A DNA stretch of 64,000 bases, from NCBI GenBank assembly GCA_023213395.1, contig CM041465.1:163129741-163193740 (forward strand), read 5' to 3'. The notes beneath the pieces were generated by a model that was not told the DNA's origin, searched no databases, and saw only the letters and a program-made list of their open reading frames with translations. Below are positions 62,447 through 64,000 of the stretch, one piece after another. Both the position numbers and the translations under genes were made by a program. Every line of letters starts with the position of its first letter. The stretch's first letter is position 1. The stretch comes from Cycas panzhihuaensis. Taxonomy: Eukaryota > Plantae > Cycadophyta.

Positions 62447-64000
62447 TATTTAGGTTAATGATCATCACCCCACTCCCACCTTTCAACCAAGAGTACACAC
62501 CTCACTCTCAATAATTTACACATGTGGGTGCTCACATATGAAGGTAAGTATACGGTAAGATTTGATTTAATTTGAGTTAAGTTATATTTTATTGTTGTTT
62601 GAATTTTAAGGGTTGAGGAGTTTCTCTCCTCCCCCAAACTATATATTTAGAGGGGTGTGTAACCCTGGTGTTTTTACACACTGCCTACATTTGGGCATTT
62701 GTAATGCTTTCTCTAAAAAATAGAATGAACACAAAAGCTCTTGTGTTTATGCAACAATGATGTATTGATCTATAATTATTTGTTTATGTTCTGCCCTATT
62801 CTTTATCACATTATTTTCCTTCATTTAGTATCAGAGCTTGGTTAAGTTCCATCATCTGATATTAGAGCCAAAGTTTGTTAGCCTATTGAAGTTTTTATGA
62901 AGAGCAAGAAGATTTATTGATATCTGCAGCAGATTTATTCACAACAAACAAAGATTGGTTATATTCATTTTCTGAAAAGTTTATTAGCAATTTCTTGTAT
63001 TTTTTTATTAGAGATTTGATTATTCTTGAGTTATACTTGTGAAATAACAAATATATTTCAGATATTTTTTTAGATCTGTGTAGGAGCATAGCTACAAACA
63101 ATAAATATCAAGTTTTTATCAAATATTTGATCATTTTCTGGCATATTTTTGTTTATTTATCTAATATTTTTTTCAGATCTGTGTAGAAGCACAACTGCAA
63201 GCAATATTTATTCAAGTTTTCTTTAGATCTGCTATATATTCTTTAGATCTACTTATTTTATCAAATATTTGATAAATTTCTAGTCTATTTTATTTATATC
63301 TATAATATTTGCTTCAGATCTGTAATATTAGCTTTAGATCTGCAATATCTTCTTCAGATCTACAATATTTTCTTTAGACCTATAATATTTTTTGTAATAT
63401 TTTCTTCAGATCTGTAATATTTGCTTCAGATATGTATATTTTATTAAATATTTGATAATTTCTTAAATATTTAGTCCACTTACTCAATATATTTTTTAAG
63501 ATCTAGGCAAGTTTTGGTGTATATTCAGCCTAACAAGCTCTCTAGAGAAGTTATATTATAGCAAATCCGTCTACTAGAAGAATTTAAAGTCTATTTTCTG
63601 CAAATCAACCACATATGCATTACCAAGTTCTTCGTATATTTTTAAATTTAAATATTTATATATTTCTGGGTTCTGTAACATATCTTCTCCAGTATATTTA
63701 AAAGATTACAGATACAAATATATGTATGTTTTCATATTCAACTCTATGTGAGCTTTGTCTAACAAGGGGTCACTATTCTTAGTCAGAGATTTGATCTAAC
63801 TTCTATTACTGGTTTGATAAGCACTCTTCCATTTGCATGAACATTTGTATTTAAGATAATACTATGTCTTCCTGTGATTGCATATAAACATTACTGTTAG
63901 TATATTGCTCCATACATTACATTCAAACATTAGTTTACTCTATTCCTACATCCTCACTAGATCTCATATTATGCTTGGTTCTTATATACGTTTTAAAGAA
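62447..64000 (+). mobile_element. NA-8: second, diverged member of the NA-5 family (5' LTR, double PBS, repeat array), running off the window
   Basis: 62447-62823 is the reverse-complement homologue of the NA-5 LTRs; PBSs at 62826-62837 and 62857-62869; leader homologous to NA-5 38540-37360. Confidence 0.9.
63150..63440 (+). repeat. 20-bp tandem array (consensus TRYAATATTTKCTTYAGATC)
   Basis: Four consecutive 20-mers at 63301-63380 with exact period, plus degenerate flanking copies. Confidence 0.9.

Noticed and set aside
63301-63440. 20-bp palindromic array as a CRISPR-like locus
   Set aside because: The units are contiguous with no unique spacers, there are no cas genes, and the context is a eukaryotic retroelement leader.

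Overview
This is AT-rich plant heterochromatin made almost entirely of nested, decayed retrotransposons; the families and mutation pattern look gymnosperm-like (inference). I found no intact host gene, RNA gene or CRISPR array. Nesting was reconstructed from LTR pairs, PBS, PPT and target-site duplications (TSDs). Gypsy-A (-) hosts three insertions: L1-A (which carries Copia-1, 3902-9150), Copia-2 (11559-20344, which carries Copia-3, 14474-19511) and chromovirus-like Gypsy-B (~21920-41920). Gypsy-B carries Copia-4 (24286-39018). Copia-4 carries a non-autonomous element, NA-5 (31728-39009), in the last bases of its 5' LTR, and NA-5 carries a young 5'-truncated L1 (32812-34129). Next come L1-C (41921-~46953), a Gypsy-C remnant carrying a gag-only element with 3.1-kb LTRs (47298-56309), a rearranged Copia-7, and a second NA-5 family member (NA-8, 62447 to window end). 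NA-5/NA-8 is the most unusual system. Both members have a duplicated U5-end+PBS cassette and a 20-bp AGATCT/AATATT tandem array in the leader. NA-5 also lacks pol, has a duplicated PPT, and carries antisense fragments of a host PLS-class PPR gene in a region where the two members stop aligning. Coordinates were read by eye, and boundaries marked ~ are approximate.
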